DNA of 63,613 bases from Macrostomum lignano. Its lineage: Eukaryota. Both the position numbers and the translations under genes were made by a program. The stretch is from positions 1 through 63,613 of the forward strand of contig NIVC01004036.1 of the NCBI GenBank assembly GCA_002269645.1, written 5' to 3'. Shown in pieces: positions 41,051-53,800 of this stretch (the first letter of the stretch is position 1; every line of letters starts with the position of its first letter). Under the pieces are notes generated by a model, which was not told the DNA's origin, did not search any database, and was given only the letters and a program-made list of their open reading frames with translations.

Positions 41051-41409
41051 CAAACTCTGAATTCACCTTAACCCCGAACCCGGTACCCCTTACCCTAAAC
41101 CCCGAACTGGGTACCAAAGCCCGACCCGACCCCAACCTAACCCCGAACTTTCTGACACTGAATTGTCAGAATGCCTCTCGGCAGGCAGACATAAAATGCG
41201 CGACAAACCAACGAAAAAAACACCAAACTTTATTCTGCTTTTCCCATACAAGCAGCTCTCCTATTCGCTGCGATACAGTCAGACACATCATACACTTGCC
41301 GGCCTGGCTGACCCAGGAAGCCAGGAGAGAAAAAAATTATTTATAAATTGCATCCTTACTTAATTACGATTGAAACATGCAGTTCAAACCACGTACTAAA
41401 AAATAACAA

Positions 41410-42115
41410 AACCAACAACAAAGAACTCCTCCCACCGACCACACGAAGTGGGCAGAAGGGGGGAGTCAGATAGCACGCCGATGTGTTAGGTCGCTCAAAA
41501 AGTCACACAGGCCCGCCTGGTCAGGGGCGCTATCATTTTTTTCAGTTGATCCGTTTATTTTTCCAAAGTACGGATAAACATTGAGTTTCCTGAGTCGGTA
41601 TAGCGTCCATTAACAGTCTGTGAATGTAGCGAGCCGTTGGGCGCCTTCGGCCGTCGGGGAAAGCAGCGCGAGGTCATTCGCGTAGCCGAGCACGCAGAGC
41701 CGCTTCTCCGGGTGCCGCCGACTTGTCCGTCTTCCCAGCAGGAAGTCGTCGTCCGAGTTGGGCAGTCCGGTCCTTAGCACCCAGTCTAGTGCCAGCACGA
41801 ACAAAAGGGCGACAGAATGTCCCCTTGCAACACTCCTGAAGACTTGCTGAACTGGTCCGACAGGCCGTCATCACCGCAGCCGTCGTGTCCTGGTACGTCG
41901 CCATGATGGCACATTGTAGGCTCGGAGCACGAGAGGCAGCGCGCCACCGAGGGGAAAGCCTTGGAAGTCAACGAAGTCGACAACAAGGCTTGACTGCCTC
42001 CTCGATGATACGGCGGAGGGCGAGAATCTGCGTCACTGCACCACATTGCGGCCGGAACCCATTCTGGTTGGGGCGCAGAAACGGGTCCAGCACAGGCTGC
42101 AACCGCGCAAACAGA
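41410..42115 (-). mobile_element. Degenerate, internally deleted RTE-like LINE fragment
   Basis: RLQPVLDPFLRPNQNGFR, VTQILALRRIIEEA and LGYANDLALL. The 3' end cgtgctatctga and a ttgttg tail near 41410-41490 match the copy at 48433. Confidence 0.8.
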
Positions 42116-42569
42116 ATCCGGAGAGAGAGAGAGAGAATTAAGTCTATAGTGTCTAAGCGCACGAATACCCACTTTCAAACTGCAAGTGTGGGAATAGAAT
42201 TTAGTGAACACTTACAATAACGATCGAGGTCTCTAGAAAGGGCGTCTTCTTCTAGAAGTAACGGAATCGGAGTCTTTTGCCCAGCTATTTGTTACTCTTG
42301 GGTACCCAAAAGCTATTAAAATCAATAATCGTATAAGAGTATCGGAATCGGTCCAGTGGATACTATCAAATCCCTTAGGAACAGGGAGGCCTCAATTTCA
42401 ATAACTCATAAAAATTAACCTGATCAATAACGGCCGGTAACGACTCAGCTCTCAATAATCAAATAACGATTAAGGCTTCAACAAAGGTTTACCAATTGGT
42501 ATTCGTTTCCCTCAGAGATGTAGCCTCTTTCCGGAGGTTGTACTGGATAGGTCTCAATTCAAGCTCTTC

Positions 42570-43130
42570 TGAGGCTGCTTTGAGGCTCAGCCCGGCTGGA
42601 TCCGTACTTGCGTTCTGAGCAGAACGGCTTCCGGCCGTTCGCGGCACAGTGACGCAAATCCTAGCTCTTCGCCGAGTCATCAAGGAAGCGCGGATACGCC
42701 AGTCGATCATGATTGTTATCTTCATAGATTTCAAGAAGGCATTCGACTCGCTCGTCAGGTCTGTGGTCCCAAATTAGGTGCTCCAGGCGTACAACGTGCC
42801 AGAGCAGTTGATTTCCGCCATCCTGGCGATGTACCGGTATACGAAAGCTGCTGTTTCAGCACCGGACGGCCCATCGGACCTCTTTGTGACATCCTCCGGG
42901 GTGCTTCAGGGAGATACGCTTGCGCCGTTCCTGTTCGTTCTGGTGATTGACTGGGGTGCTGCGGATCGCTCTTCCTACCAACGATGACGGCTTTCTGTTG
43001 CGGCGACGCGTGGGTCGACGTCAACCGGAGAGGCGGCTCAGCGTGCTTGGCTACGCCGACGATCTCGCCCTGCTGCTGTCCTCAACTGTCGAGGTCAATC
43101 GAGTACGCCCAGCGACAACTGGACAAGCAA
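42570..43130 (+). mobile_element. RTE-like LINE reverse transcriptase fragment
   Basis: TVTQILALRRVIKEA, FIDFKKAFDS, SGVLQGDTLAPFLF and LGYADDLALL, with stops and frameshifts. Confidence 0.9.
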
Positions 43131-43499
43131 GAATTGCTGTTGCGGCGAGTCCTGTAACAGAGCTAAGTTGCTCTGCTACAGTCCTTGATTGTATCAAACT
43201 TCTTAATATGTTTCATGGGCTCTACCATCAAAATTAACCTTATTAACCTAACCCTTGCAAAAGTTGGCGCCTCCGGCTCCTCTCGGGCCCGAACCCATCT
43301 GTCCCGATTCCCAGCAGCTGAGTCATCGACTCGCGCATCAAGGCGTGGATCAGGACCCAGCACCGCTCAACTAGGGCGAACTGCACTACCTGCAGGCAAT
43401 CCAGATGCGCTGTCCCTCAACGCTCATCGATCAGCTCCGGAAACGATCCTCGATCTTGCGCCTATCGAGAAGATCAGGCATCCGGGCTGTCACCATGTC

Positions 43500-43860
43500 A
43501 CTGCTGTTTCTCTAGACACCAGTATACCTGCAGGGCAATACCACCAACGCTATCTGCAGTTTTTGTAAGCATCTGTCCTGCCTTCATGCGAGCAAGACTC
43601 CACTTTACCTCGGCCTTATTTACCACGTACACCATGCAGCTGCATGAAGAGTGCAAAACCAAAAATCGCAGGGTTGAACTCTCCCTTCTAGAGAGCAACA
43701 TTGCTGGCGACACTGGGGGACCTTCCTGGGCGGCACAAACCCTTCGTCCATAGTGACGCGTTGGCCGTTCAGGGATTAGCGGAGTGTGGCGTCCGGCCGC
43801 GCCTTTCCGGTGTGTCCCCTTCGGGACAGTCCTAACAGCTAAGTCAAGTCAAGAAGTAAG
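43500..43860 (+). mobile_element. Possible 3' end of an R1/I-like LINE ORF2
   Basis: NAICSFC...CPAFMRAR resembles a collapsed C-terminal CCHC knuckle, followed by an (aagtc)n tail. Confidence 0.3.
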
Positions 43861-46269
43861 TCTAGCCCCCCCTCCCTAGCTTTTAATGTCCACGGATGGC
43901 GACGCCCCTGATTCATGATCATTGATTACATGTACATCAGTTTTCAGTTGCATCATATACTTGCTTCGTAAATATCGAGCTTTCATAGTATATAATTACT
44001 ATCATAGTTCCATTCGATTCCATAACTAAACCAAAAACTGACAAGTAAAGCAAATTTCTACTAAATTTTTGAATTCTAAAACTGCACTAAATTTGTTTTA
44101 TTGCAAAAACACTAAAAGTTCTATTTTCAAATAGAATTCAAAATGATCGCGCGACTGCGAGCATGTTGTTGCGATCGATCTAATATTTACGATATCTACC
44201 AATTGTGTCTCGCCTTGTCTGATAAGAAAACCGCATAGAAGATCCAGGCCAGGGCCCAGGGCAGCAACATAGCCAGCCATTTAAATTATAACGACATTTT
44301 GATAAGAAAGCTGTTGTCGAAATAGGACTAGATGTTAAAAAAACAAAATTAATGTGCTAATGCTACATTCCGGTAACTCAAATCTTGTTAATTATGCCTA
44401 GCTTTGTGATTCTCATTTTCCTTTGCAATATCATTGCTTCTTGTGGAATTTAGGCCTACTCAACTTATACTCATAATCGTACCAAGGACTACTCAAGTAT
44501 GTAGAATAATAAATAAGCATAGAATCTAAGAATCCTAGTTTTTTAAACAAAAAACTTTATCAATATCAGTAGAGCTATAAAAAAGGCATAACCTATCAAA
44601 AGATGAACATTGAGTCTGCCTCCTATCGAAAGCAAAAACAATTTTTTTGCTAACAAATGGAAACTTTCTATAGGCCTTATCCATAGGCCCTAGTATATAT
44701 TTTTTAAAACCTGCCTCTAAATTTTCCAAGATACAAAGTTTCCCATATCCTACTTGGGACTTGAGAGTAGGCCCTAGTCCTTAAGTTGCATTTGTACTTA
44801 TTATTAGTCTATAGGGCTAGGCCTACTATTGTAATAGCATAGTTATATTATTGTATCTAATAAATTATTGAATATTTAATTCTATAAATTCTAATACCTA
44901 TAGACATAGAGCCTAATTAGTTGCTTCATATTCATTTTACATAGATAAAATTTAGTCTAAGCCTTGGCCCTTGGCACCATAGTCCAGAAGGTAGCCTTTA
45001 TGCCAGAAAATTCTAGCATATTTTTGTTTTTGCTGACAATCGTGGCATACACTTGGCATATAGTCGTATAGAATTTTCAGGTTCAACATGAAGTATACAC
45101 AGTCAGCATACAAAAAATAGCTATCATGTGAGGGCTAATATAATTGTGTAATTAAATATCAACCAGTAAAAGCTCTTTTAAATATAATTGAAAACTAAAA
45201 TAGAATTAATGAAATTTACAAAAAAAAACAAAATTAAAACAAAGAATATTAGTTTTTAGCAAAAAACCGCTATGGCAAAGTTTAAAAAACTGTTTTTTTA
45301 TATTAATATATATTATTTAAAAAAATTCCATGCAAGCAACTCTAAACTTGGTATAATTTTTTTTAATTTTATATTGGCATAAAATTGAAAAAACATGAAT
45401 TTTCATTTAAGTGTATGCCTGCCATGATCTGGACCATGGCCTTGGCATAAGCCATTTGCCACTGCCATTAAAAACTTGATCATTATATCTATAAGCATAG
45501 CCTTGTATTAGCATGTCATTTTTAAAATTTTATTTAGAAAGTCAATACATTTATTTGTAATGTTAGTATAACTTATAAATATATTATAATTAATTTAAAG
45601 GTAGACTTAGGCCTATTCGTTTCAGAGGTAACAGTGGAATTTTCACAAAAATAAAAAAGATTATACTGCTTTACATACATGCGCAACTTCTGAAATTACG
45701 CTGGCCGTGCGACTTAGTTTTCGATAAAAAATGCGACTTACCTATGAAAGAGCCAAGCAAAAACTTTAGGTAAACGGCAGGAGTAACTATGACCATATTT
45801 TTAAAGCTAAATGCCTCGCCAGCTAATTAGTGCTGCGTGCAGATTCCGCGTTTTTATAACAGCTAATCAGTATGTCATCTAGTGGCGGCATGAAGCAATT
45901 AGTAAATTGTCAGTACAGTGTAGTGAGCATACTACAAAAGTCATGATTCATGAATGTCCAAAAGTAAGTGAAGTGAATACAGTGTGACCTATAGCTCAAG
46001 AACGATTTGCTAGACGATTTGGCATGGAAGATGAGAGCCCTGATTCAGATGGCTCATCAGATGCAGAATACGAATCCAGTAGAGATACAAGCTGTGAAAA
46101 CCCACAGATTTTTAAACCACTGAATTCTAATTCCCGGAACTATTTTTGCATAGATTCTAAATTTGAAGTCATGCTCAAAACAAAACTTGTTAACAGTTAG
46201 GAAAAAGGCAAAGATGGGAGTAATGCATGTTAAACTAAGATTTGAGGCCTTTGCAAATCCTCTCCATTT

Positions 46270-46930
46270 CTCAATCTTCTCATCCTCTTTTTCTTTTCTC
46301 TCTCATCCCTTATCCCTTCTCTCTTTCCTCTCCTCTCTCCTCTCTTTCCTCTCCTCTCCTATCTCTTCTGTCTCCTCTCTACATTCTTATCTCTTCTCTC
46401 GTCTCTCTCCATTCCACTCTACTCTCTCATCTTATCTTCCCTCTCGTCTCTCTCCACTCTACTCTCTCATCTTATCTCTTCTCTCTTTTCTACTTTCTCA
46501 TCTCTCCTCTCTTCACTCTCCTCTCATCTCCTCTTTATCCTCTCTTCTCTCATCTACTCTCTCCTCTTTCCTCTTTCCTCTCTTCTGATCTCATCCATCA
46601 TCTTTTCTTTCCTCTTTCCTCTCATCTCCTCTTCTCTCTCATCTCTTTTTCCTCCCTCAGCTTTTCTCTCCTCTTCTATCTTTTCTCCCATCGCATCGCT
46701 TGCCTCTCCTCTGTTTGCTTATCTCTAATCTTCTATTCCCTCTACTTTGAAGTAAGAAAATATGCACATATTTTTGCTGAAGATAAGAGGAGAGAAGAGG
46801 GCATTGAGGAGAAAGGGTAGAGAGAAAGGGGGAGAAGAGAGGAGAGTAAAAATGAGAGGAGAGAGAAGAGGGAAAAGGGGGGAGAGAGAGAAGAGGGGAG
46901 GCAAGGTAGAGAAGAAGAGAGAGATGAGAG
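46270..46930. repeat. CT-rich tract followed by GA-rich tract inside the transposon
   Basis: Polypyrimidine at about 46270-46740, polypurine at about 46785-46930. Confidence 0.85.
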
Positions 46931-47189
46931 TTGAAGAGACACCAACCTTGCTACTCGTAGTTAGGAAGTTTCAAAGAACCCGAGGGGCGAGGGCCAGATA
47001 GAGGGGCTTCGCGAGCCGGAGTTTGCCAACCCCTGCTCCAGAGTTTAAGAAATCAATGGGAAACTGTTGACGCGGGCTTCTGATTTCAAAGATCTTGTCT
47101 GTTGTTGAAGGCTTCTATTCTGTTTTTGCTCTCCTGCCACACTTGCACCTACTACCCCCTGATTGCCTCTGATTGTGACTTACTTCCCT

Positions 47190-47905
47190 CTTATTGCGAC
47201 TTAGTTGCTTCTTTTTGCGACTTACCTAATCCTTTTTGCGACTTACTTAATCCTTTTTGCGACTTACCTAATCCTTTTACGACTTACCTAACCCTTTTGC
47301 GACTTACCTAATCCTTTTTGCGACTTACTTAATCCTTTTTGCGACTTACTTAATCCTTTTGCGACTTACCTAACCCTTTGTGACTAACCTAATCCTTTTT
47401 GCGACTTACCTAATCCTTTTTGCGACTTACTTAATCCTTTTTGCGACTTACCTAATCCTTTTGCGACTTACCTAACCCTTTTGCGACTTACCTAACCCTT
47501 TTGCTACTTAGCTGATCCTTTTGCAACTTACCTGATTCTTTTTGCGACTTACCTGATCCTTTTTGCGACTTACCTAATCCTTTTTGCGACTTACCTAATC
47601 CTTTTTGGGACTTACCTAACCCTTTTTCGACTTACCTGATCCTTTTTGCGACTTAGTTTGCTTCTTTTGCGACTTACCTGATTCCTGTTGCGACTTACCT
47701 AATCCTTTTTGCGACTTACCTAACCCTTTTTCGACTTACCTGATCCTTTTTGCGACTTAGTTTGCTTCTTTTGCGACTTACCTGATTCCTGTTGCGACTT
47801 ACCTGATCCTTTTTGCGACTTAGTTTGCTTCTTTTGCGACTTACCTGATCCTTTTTGCAACTTACCTGATTATTTTTACAACTTAGTTTGCTTCTTTTGC
47901 GAATT
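47190..47905. repeat. 21-22 bp array (ttttgcgacttacctaatcct) inside the transposon
   Basis: About 30 copies of gcgactta. Confidence 0.92.
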
Positions 47906-48432
47906 GTTTTTCTTTTGCTTCACCATTTTCCCTGAACTGCTCTTTCTTTCGCTTTCCTCTTGCCTTTCTTGGTTCTTGTGTTTTTCTGTTTTTGGTTGAC
48001 TCAATTTTGCGACTTACCCCTAGTCAGCCACGATTTACGGTGGCCGGATCGGCCAGGTCGGCCAGCAGTTGCGCATGTATGCTGCTTTACCTATAAATTT
48101 GTCAATTATTGCAATCATTGGTATACATAAGTTAGATTTTCTATTAGGAGGCTATATTGTCATTAAGGAAAATCAATAAAAAAACTAGGCCTAGCTACTT
48201 TTGCTTTTATAGTTTGAATTTGATTGTAGATTATATTTGTGATATTGTTTATCAGTTATTATTTCATTGATTTAATAGTTGGTCAAAAGTAACCTAGGCT
48301 AGAAAAAAAAGAATAGAAAGTGATACTATCTAGGCAATTGGGGAGGCTGTGGCCCCCTTGCTGTATATAGCTACATAAAAGTAGCTATTAAAATAAATGT
48401 TGAAAATAATAGATAAAAAATTAACAAGATGT

Positions 48433-50058
48433 ACAACAACAACAATAGAGTACGCTGTCAGTTCGCAAAAGCAGCGTCAGATGGCACGCTTCAAAGCTTG
48501 GGCACAAACAAAGGCCGCACTGCCGGCAGAGTCCGGGGCGCCGGCATCAGCCAGCAGACAGTCGATGTAGCGCCGAGTCCTCGCCTGTCCCCGCCGGTAG
48601 GGTGCCTGCAACGTAAGTAGCAGCACCTCCTGCACTGGCTCCAGACAGTAGGCCTCGGCGTGGATGACGTGGCCTGCCAGCTGGAGTCGCCGACGGCGCA
48701 GCAGATCGCTAGGACGGGCCAGGCCGGCGCGATGATAGAGCGCCGTGTTGGTGACTCGCTCGTTGCCGATCTTGAAGGCGGCGCGCAGCAGGCCAGCGTG
48801 CGCCACGTCGACTTGAGCCTCGAGCGAGTCTGTCAGCGTCCAGGTCTCGGCGTTGTATAACAGGACGGTCTCGATCACCGCCTGGAACAGCGCCGCCCTC
48901 TGGCGGTCCGGTAGGGCCTCAGACTGCAGGACTGACCTTATAGAACGAAAGGCAGCCCAGGCAAGTTCTCGGCAACGCCGCAGATCCTTGCGGAAGTCGG
49001 GAACCAGACCGCCGAGGTAGACGAACTGCTGACATCTTGGAAGCTCACTCGCCTGTCCGTCAGCGCCTCGGCAGAAGATTGCAGCCTCGGTGTCGTCCGG
49101 CACGCATAGCACGACGGTCTTCTGCATGTTGACCACCAGGCCGACGCTCGCCGCAACGGCAACCAGCCTATCCAGCTGTCGTTGGGCGCCCTCGACGGTC
49201 GAGGACAGCAGGGCGAGGTCATCGGCGTAGCCAAGCACGCTGAGCCGTCTCTCCGGTTGGCGTCGACCCACGCGTCGCCGCAGCAGGAAGCCGTCGTCGT
49301 TGGAAGGCAGAGCAGTCCGTAGCACCCAGTCAAGCACCAGAATAAATAGGAACGGCGCTAGCGTATCTCCCTGGAGCACCCCGGAGGATGTCTCGAAGAA
49401 ATCCGATAGGCCGTCCGGTGTTGAGACAGCAGCCGTCGTGCCGTGGTACAGCGCCATGACAGCAGAAATCAGCAGCTCTGGCACGTTGTACGCACGGAGC
49501 ACCTCTGGGAGCGCGTCCCTCACGACCGAGTCGAAGGCCTTCCTGAAATCGACGAAGATCAGGATCAGGGTCAACTGGCGGATGCGCGCCTCCTCGATGA
49601 CTCGCCGAAGCGCCAGGATCTGCGTCACTGTGCCGCGATGGGGCCGGAATCCGTTCTGCTCAGGCCGCAGGTACGGGTCCAGTACAGGCTGTAATAGAGA
49701 TGGCCCGAAATTGATTTTTGCTGCCACCCGAAACCCGAAATCGCGGTTACAGCCGCTGTAACCGCGATAGCAGCATGCGGTTGAACAGCTTCGCGGCGCA
49801 GGACTGTAGGCAGATGCCTCGATGCTCCTCGAGCTTGGTGGTGCCCGGCTTCTTTGGAATGGCGACGATGTGCGCCGTGGTCCATTCGTTTGGCGCCACC
49901 TCACCGGAAAGCACGCGGTTCATCACTCTGGCGACCTCAGTGGCCACGAAGTGGATCCGCAGCGCCTCGGTGGGCACCTCGTCCGGACCAAGCGCTTTGC
50001 CGCCCAGCGACTGCCGAGCGAACTTCACAACGTCGGCTGTGCTGACTGGGGCAACGTT
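48433..50058 (-). mobile_element. 5'-truncated RTE-like LINE (reverse transcriptase and C-terminal region), interrupted at 49695-49761
   Basis: GKALGPDEV, AIPKKPG, EQNGFR, FVDFRKAFDSV, GVLQGDTLAP, YADD, FVYLGG and LLYNAETW, with an intact frame to RAI-stop, a short 3' UTR and a (TTG)n tail. Confidence 0.95.
49687..49768. mobile_element. hAT-like terminal remnant with palindromic footprint inside the LINE
   Basis: ggctgtaa | TAGAGATGGCCCGAAA...cccgaaacccgaa | atcgcggttacagc-c-gctgtaaccgcgat. Confidence 0.65.
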
Positions 50059-50894
50059 GTAACACCTTATTAAATATTAATAAATATAGGTAAAAACAAA
50101 TATATGTTTTAAAGATTTCATCTAAGATATAGGTGTAGGTGATACTAAATGTGGTAAAATCAAGTGTGTACCAAAGTGATTTAACAAGTGAGTAACTTAA
50201 CGAAATATTTCAGGTCCAAGTAGGGCTCTAGCAATGACATGGATAACCTTATGTTGGAGCTTTTTGTGGATGCTATAGTTTGTGGATAATAATAAAAATA
50301 ATTAATATAATAAAGTAGGGTATATTTCATAAAGAATAATAAAAATGAAAACATTTTCAATTAATCAACTTTATAAATAAAGAAATATAAACTTTTAAAT
50401 AATAACCACTCAATGCTCCATGTATATTTGATACCAAAGTAACCTGTAACTAAAACATATATTGGTCATACATGCACAACTTCCAAAATTCAGTCGGCTA
50501 TGCAACTTGCTTAGTTTATATATAGTATCATCTTAAATAAAATGTACATATGAATATGATTATAAATATAATAGAAAAAAACAATTGACTAAAACAATTT
50601 ATTGGTTAGTATTTAAGTTTCTTTCTAGTTGTTAAAATAAAATTAGATTATATTGCTTTTCTATTAATACTATGCTTTTATAGGTCAGAAAGACTTGGAA
50701 GTAAGAGGGATTAGGGTATAGATATCTTTATTTTGAACTTTTGGACTAATGCCAATTGGTATCTTTGGTTTTCCAATTTGATATCCTGATTTAAGCCTAG
50801 GATATACGAGCGTATAACATATTCTGAAAATATTAAGTCTATACTTTAGTATTTCATAAGCTAACCAAACCAACAATCTTAATTTCAGTCTAGA

Positions 50895-53800
50895 ATGGCA
50901 GTCCATCCACCGAATTGCGATGATGTTACCAGCACATACAAGCTGGTTGTTGTTGGCAATGGCGGTGTTGGCAAGAGTGCACTAACTATACAATTCTTTC
51001 AGAAGATGTTTGTGCAAGACTATGATCCAACTATTGAAGACTCGTATATTCAGTACAAGATGATTGACAGTGATTGGTGTCTGTTAGACGTTTTGGACAC
51101 TGCAGGTTAGTTTTTTTTTATCCTGCTGATTATGTCTGCACATATTTTTGTTTTTTGACCCAATTTTCACCTAGGAATAGCGGTTCTTGCCAGCTTCCCA
51201 GGTTTCCTCAGTCTGAGCCAGCAGCTTCCCAGGTTTCCTCAGTCTGAGCCAGCAGCTTCCCAGGTTTCCTCAGTCTGAGCCAGCAGCTTCCCAGATTTCC
51301 TCAGTCTGAGCCAGCAGCTTCCCAGGTTTCCTCAGTCTGAGCCAGCAGCTTCCCAGATTTCCTCAGTCTGAGCCAGCAGCTTCCCAGATTTCCTCAGTCT
51401 GAGCCAGCAGCTTCCCAGATTTCCTCAGTCTGAGCCAGCAGCTTCCCAGGTTTCCTCAGTCTGAGCCAGCAGCTTCCCAGATTTCCTCAGTCTGAGCCAG
51501 CAGCTTCCCAGGTTTCCTCAGTCTGAGCCAGCAGCTTCCCAGATTTCCTCAGTCTGAGCCAGCAGCTTCCCAGGTTTCCTCAGTCTGAGCCAGCAGCTTC
51601 CCAGATTTCCTCAGTCTGAGCCAGCAGCTTCCCAGGTTTCCTCAGTCTGAGCCAGCAGCTTCCCAGATTTCCTCAGTCTGAGCCAGCAGCTTCCCAGATT
51701 TCCTCAGTCTGAGCCAGCAGCTTCCCAGATTTCCTCAGTCTGAGCCAGCAGCTTCCCAGGTTTCCTCAGTCTGAGCCAGCAGCTTCCCAGATTTCCTCAG
51801 TCTGAGCCAGCAGCTTCCCAGGTTTCCTCAGTCTGAGCCAGCAGCTTCCCAGGTTTCCTCAGTCTGAGCCAGCAGCTTCCCAGATTTCCTCAGTCTGAGC
51901 CAGCAGCTTCCCAGGTTTCCTCAGTCTGAGCCAGCAGCTTCCCAGGTTTCCTCAGTCTGAGCCAGCAGGCAGCAGCTCAATAGAGTTTCCAAACCCCTTC
52001 CAGGCCAGGAAGAGTTCTCCGCAATGCGCGAGCAGTACATGCGGAAAGGCGACGGCTTCCTGCTAGTCTATTCGGTCACCGATCGAAAAAGTTTCGATGA
52101 TATTCGACACTTTCACACTCAAATTCTTCGAGTAAAAGACCGGGATAATTATCCCATGGTGCTGGTGGCCAATAAAGTGGACCTCGTGCATCTGCGCCGC
52201 GTTAATGAAGAGGAGGGCAAAAACCTTGCCAATCAGCTTAAGGTGAGTTCAAATGTATATAGAGATGCTATGTCTTATCTTTACTCTCTTTAGAGTGTGG
52301 GATCTTATCCCAATCCTACTGGAAAGTGTGGGATCTAATTGTACTCCTGTTATAGTGTGGGGTCTTAGTACTAACAAGCAGTACATAATCTGGCTAGGCT
52401 GTTTCGTATTTCAGCTGCATTGTGCTGCGGTTGCCAATGACTAATTTATAACAAGGGCGTGTCGCCCTGTCTAAACTATACTCGTAAATACTGCATTCCT
52501 TTCACTATCGCATAGTTTTGTTTCCACGGCAACGGAGGGGACACAATGGTAAATGAAATGTAGAAAGACTGTATACTGCACCTCAGCACTCATATTTTTT
52601 ATTCGCCTGGCAAACTGCGACTCGCATTGTTTGCTGCGGGCCTGGAGATCCAGGGAGAGCACTGGCGGATGGAGCCGGAGCGAAGGCATTCTATTTCTGT
52701 CAGCCATCCGTTTGCCAAACATGCAGCTTGAAATGCAGGCCTGCGCAAATCGGCATGTAATCTGGACCTTTGCACTGTCTGTTGCTAAAAATAGTTCGCC
52801 ACTTACCTTCTGCCTCTCGCACGCTTGGTACGAGCGTGTAGAAAAGTATGCTATGAACCAGCGAGTGAGAGAGAGCTAGACTGCTAGGCCCAGGTCTTTC
52901 GCCCTCTCCCCCATCCCCCCACCTCGTGACTGGCCTGGGCTGTCATTAGTTCCACGTGTTCACGTGACTTGGAACCCTTGAAGAGCTGGGACCGCTGAGA
53001 TGCCTGGACTAGAAAGCAGATTAAGACTTTGCAGATGGAAATTTGAACACTGATTTGATCTTTTTTAGTAGGACTTTTCTCTGACTGATTGCTTAAATTT
53101 GTACTGATATCAATATGGAAGGATTTTATTTCATGGAACCATTGCCGATCGAATGTGTTGAGAAAAATAAATAACTTATAAAAGATGAATAAGAAACAGC
53201 GATTATCAAATTTGGAAGTTATGCCATATTGTGTTAGAAGCTGTTCTGAAACTAAAGATGAGAGAGGAGGGGGATGAGATCATAGATGGATGAAAGGAGC
53301 GAGGAGATAAGAGGGAAGAGGAGAGATAGGAGAGAAGAGGGGAGAGAGGAGAAGAGGGAAGAGATGAGATGACAGGAAAGAAGGGAGAGAGATGAGAGGA
53401 GAGAAGAGAGGAGAGATGAGATGAGAGATGAGATGACAGGAAAGAAGAGGCGAGGGATTAGAGGATGAGAGGAGATGAGAGAAAGGGTGAGAGGGGGGAA
53501 AGATGAGAGGCGAGAAGAGACGAGAGAGGAGAGGAGAGAAGAGAAGAGGGGAGAGCTGAGAGGAGAGAAGAGGGGAGAGCTGAGAGGAGAGAAGAGGGGA
53601 GAGCTGAGAGGAGAGAAGAGGGGAGAGCTGAGAAGAGAGAAGAGGGGAGAGATGAGAGGAGAGAAGAGGGGAGAGAAGAGGGGAGAGCTGAGAAGAGAGA
53701 AGAGGGGAGAGCTGAGAGGAGAGAAGAGGGGAGAGCTGAGAGGAGAGAAGAGGGGAGAGCTGAGAGGAGAGAAGAGAAGAGAGAAGAGGGGAGAGCTGAG

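Larger units (their letters stand above)
45674..48081. mobile_element. Non-autonomous cut-and-paste DNA transposon (hAT or P superfamily), 2408 bp
   Basis: Perfect 15-bp TIR CATACATGCGCAACT (45674-45688; reverse complement at 48067-48081) and exact 8-bp TSD CTGCTTTA (45666-45673; 48082-48089). No transposase ORF. Confidence 0.9.

Noticed and set aside
44960-45480. Degenerate inverted motifs suggesting an old MITE (also 24487-24607)
   Set aside because: Only short patches match, spacing is unequal and there is no TSD.
50930-50990. Activating substitution in the Ras P-loop (GNGGVGKS)
   Set aside because: The Asn aligns to K-Ras position 11 (Asp in M-Ras). G12, G13 and Q61 equivalents are intact.
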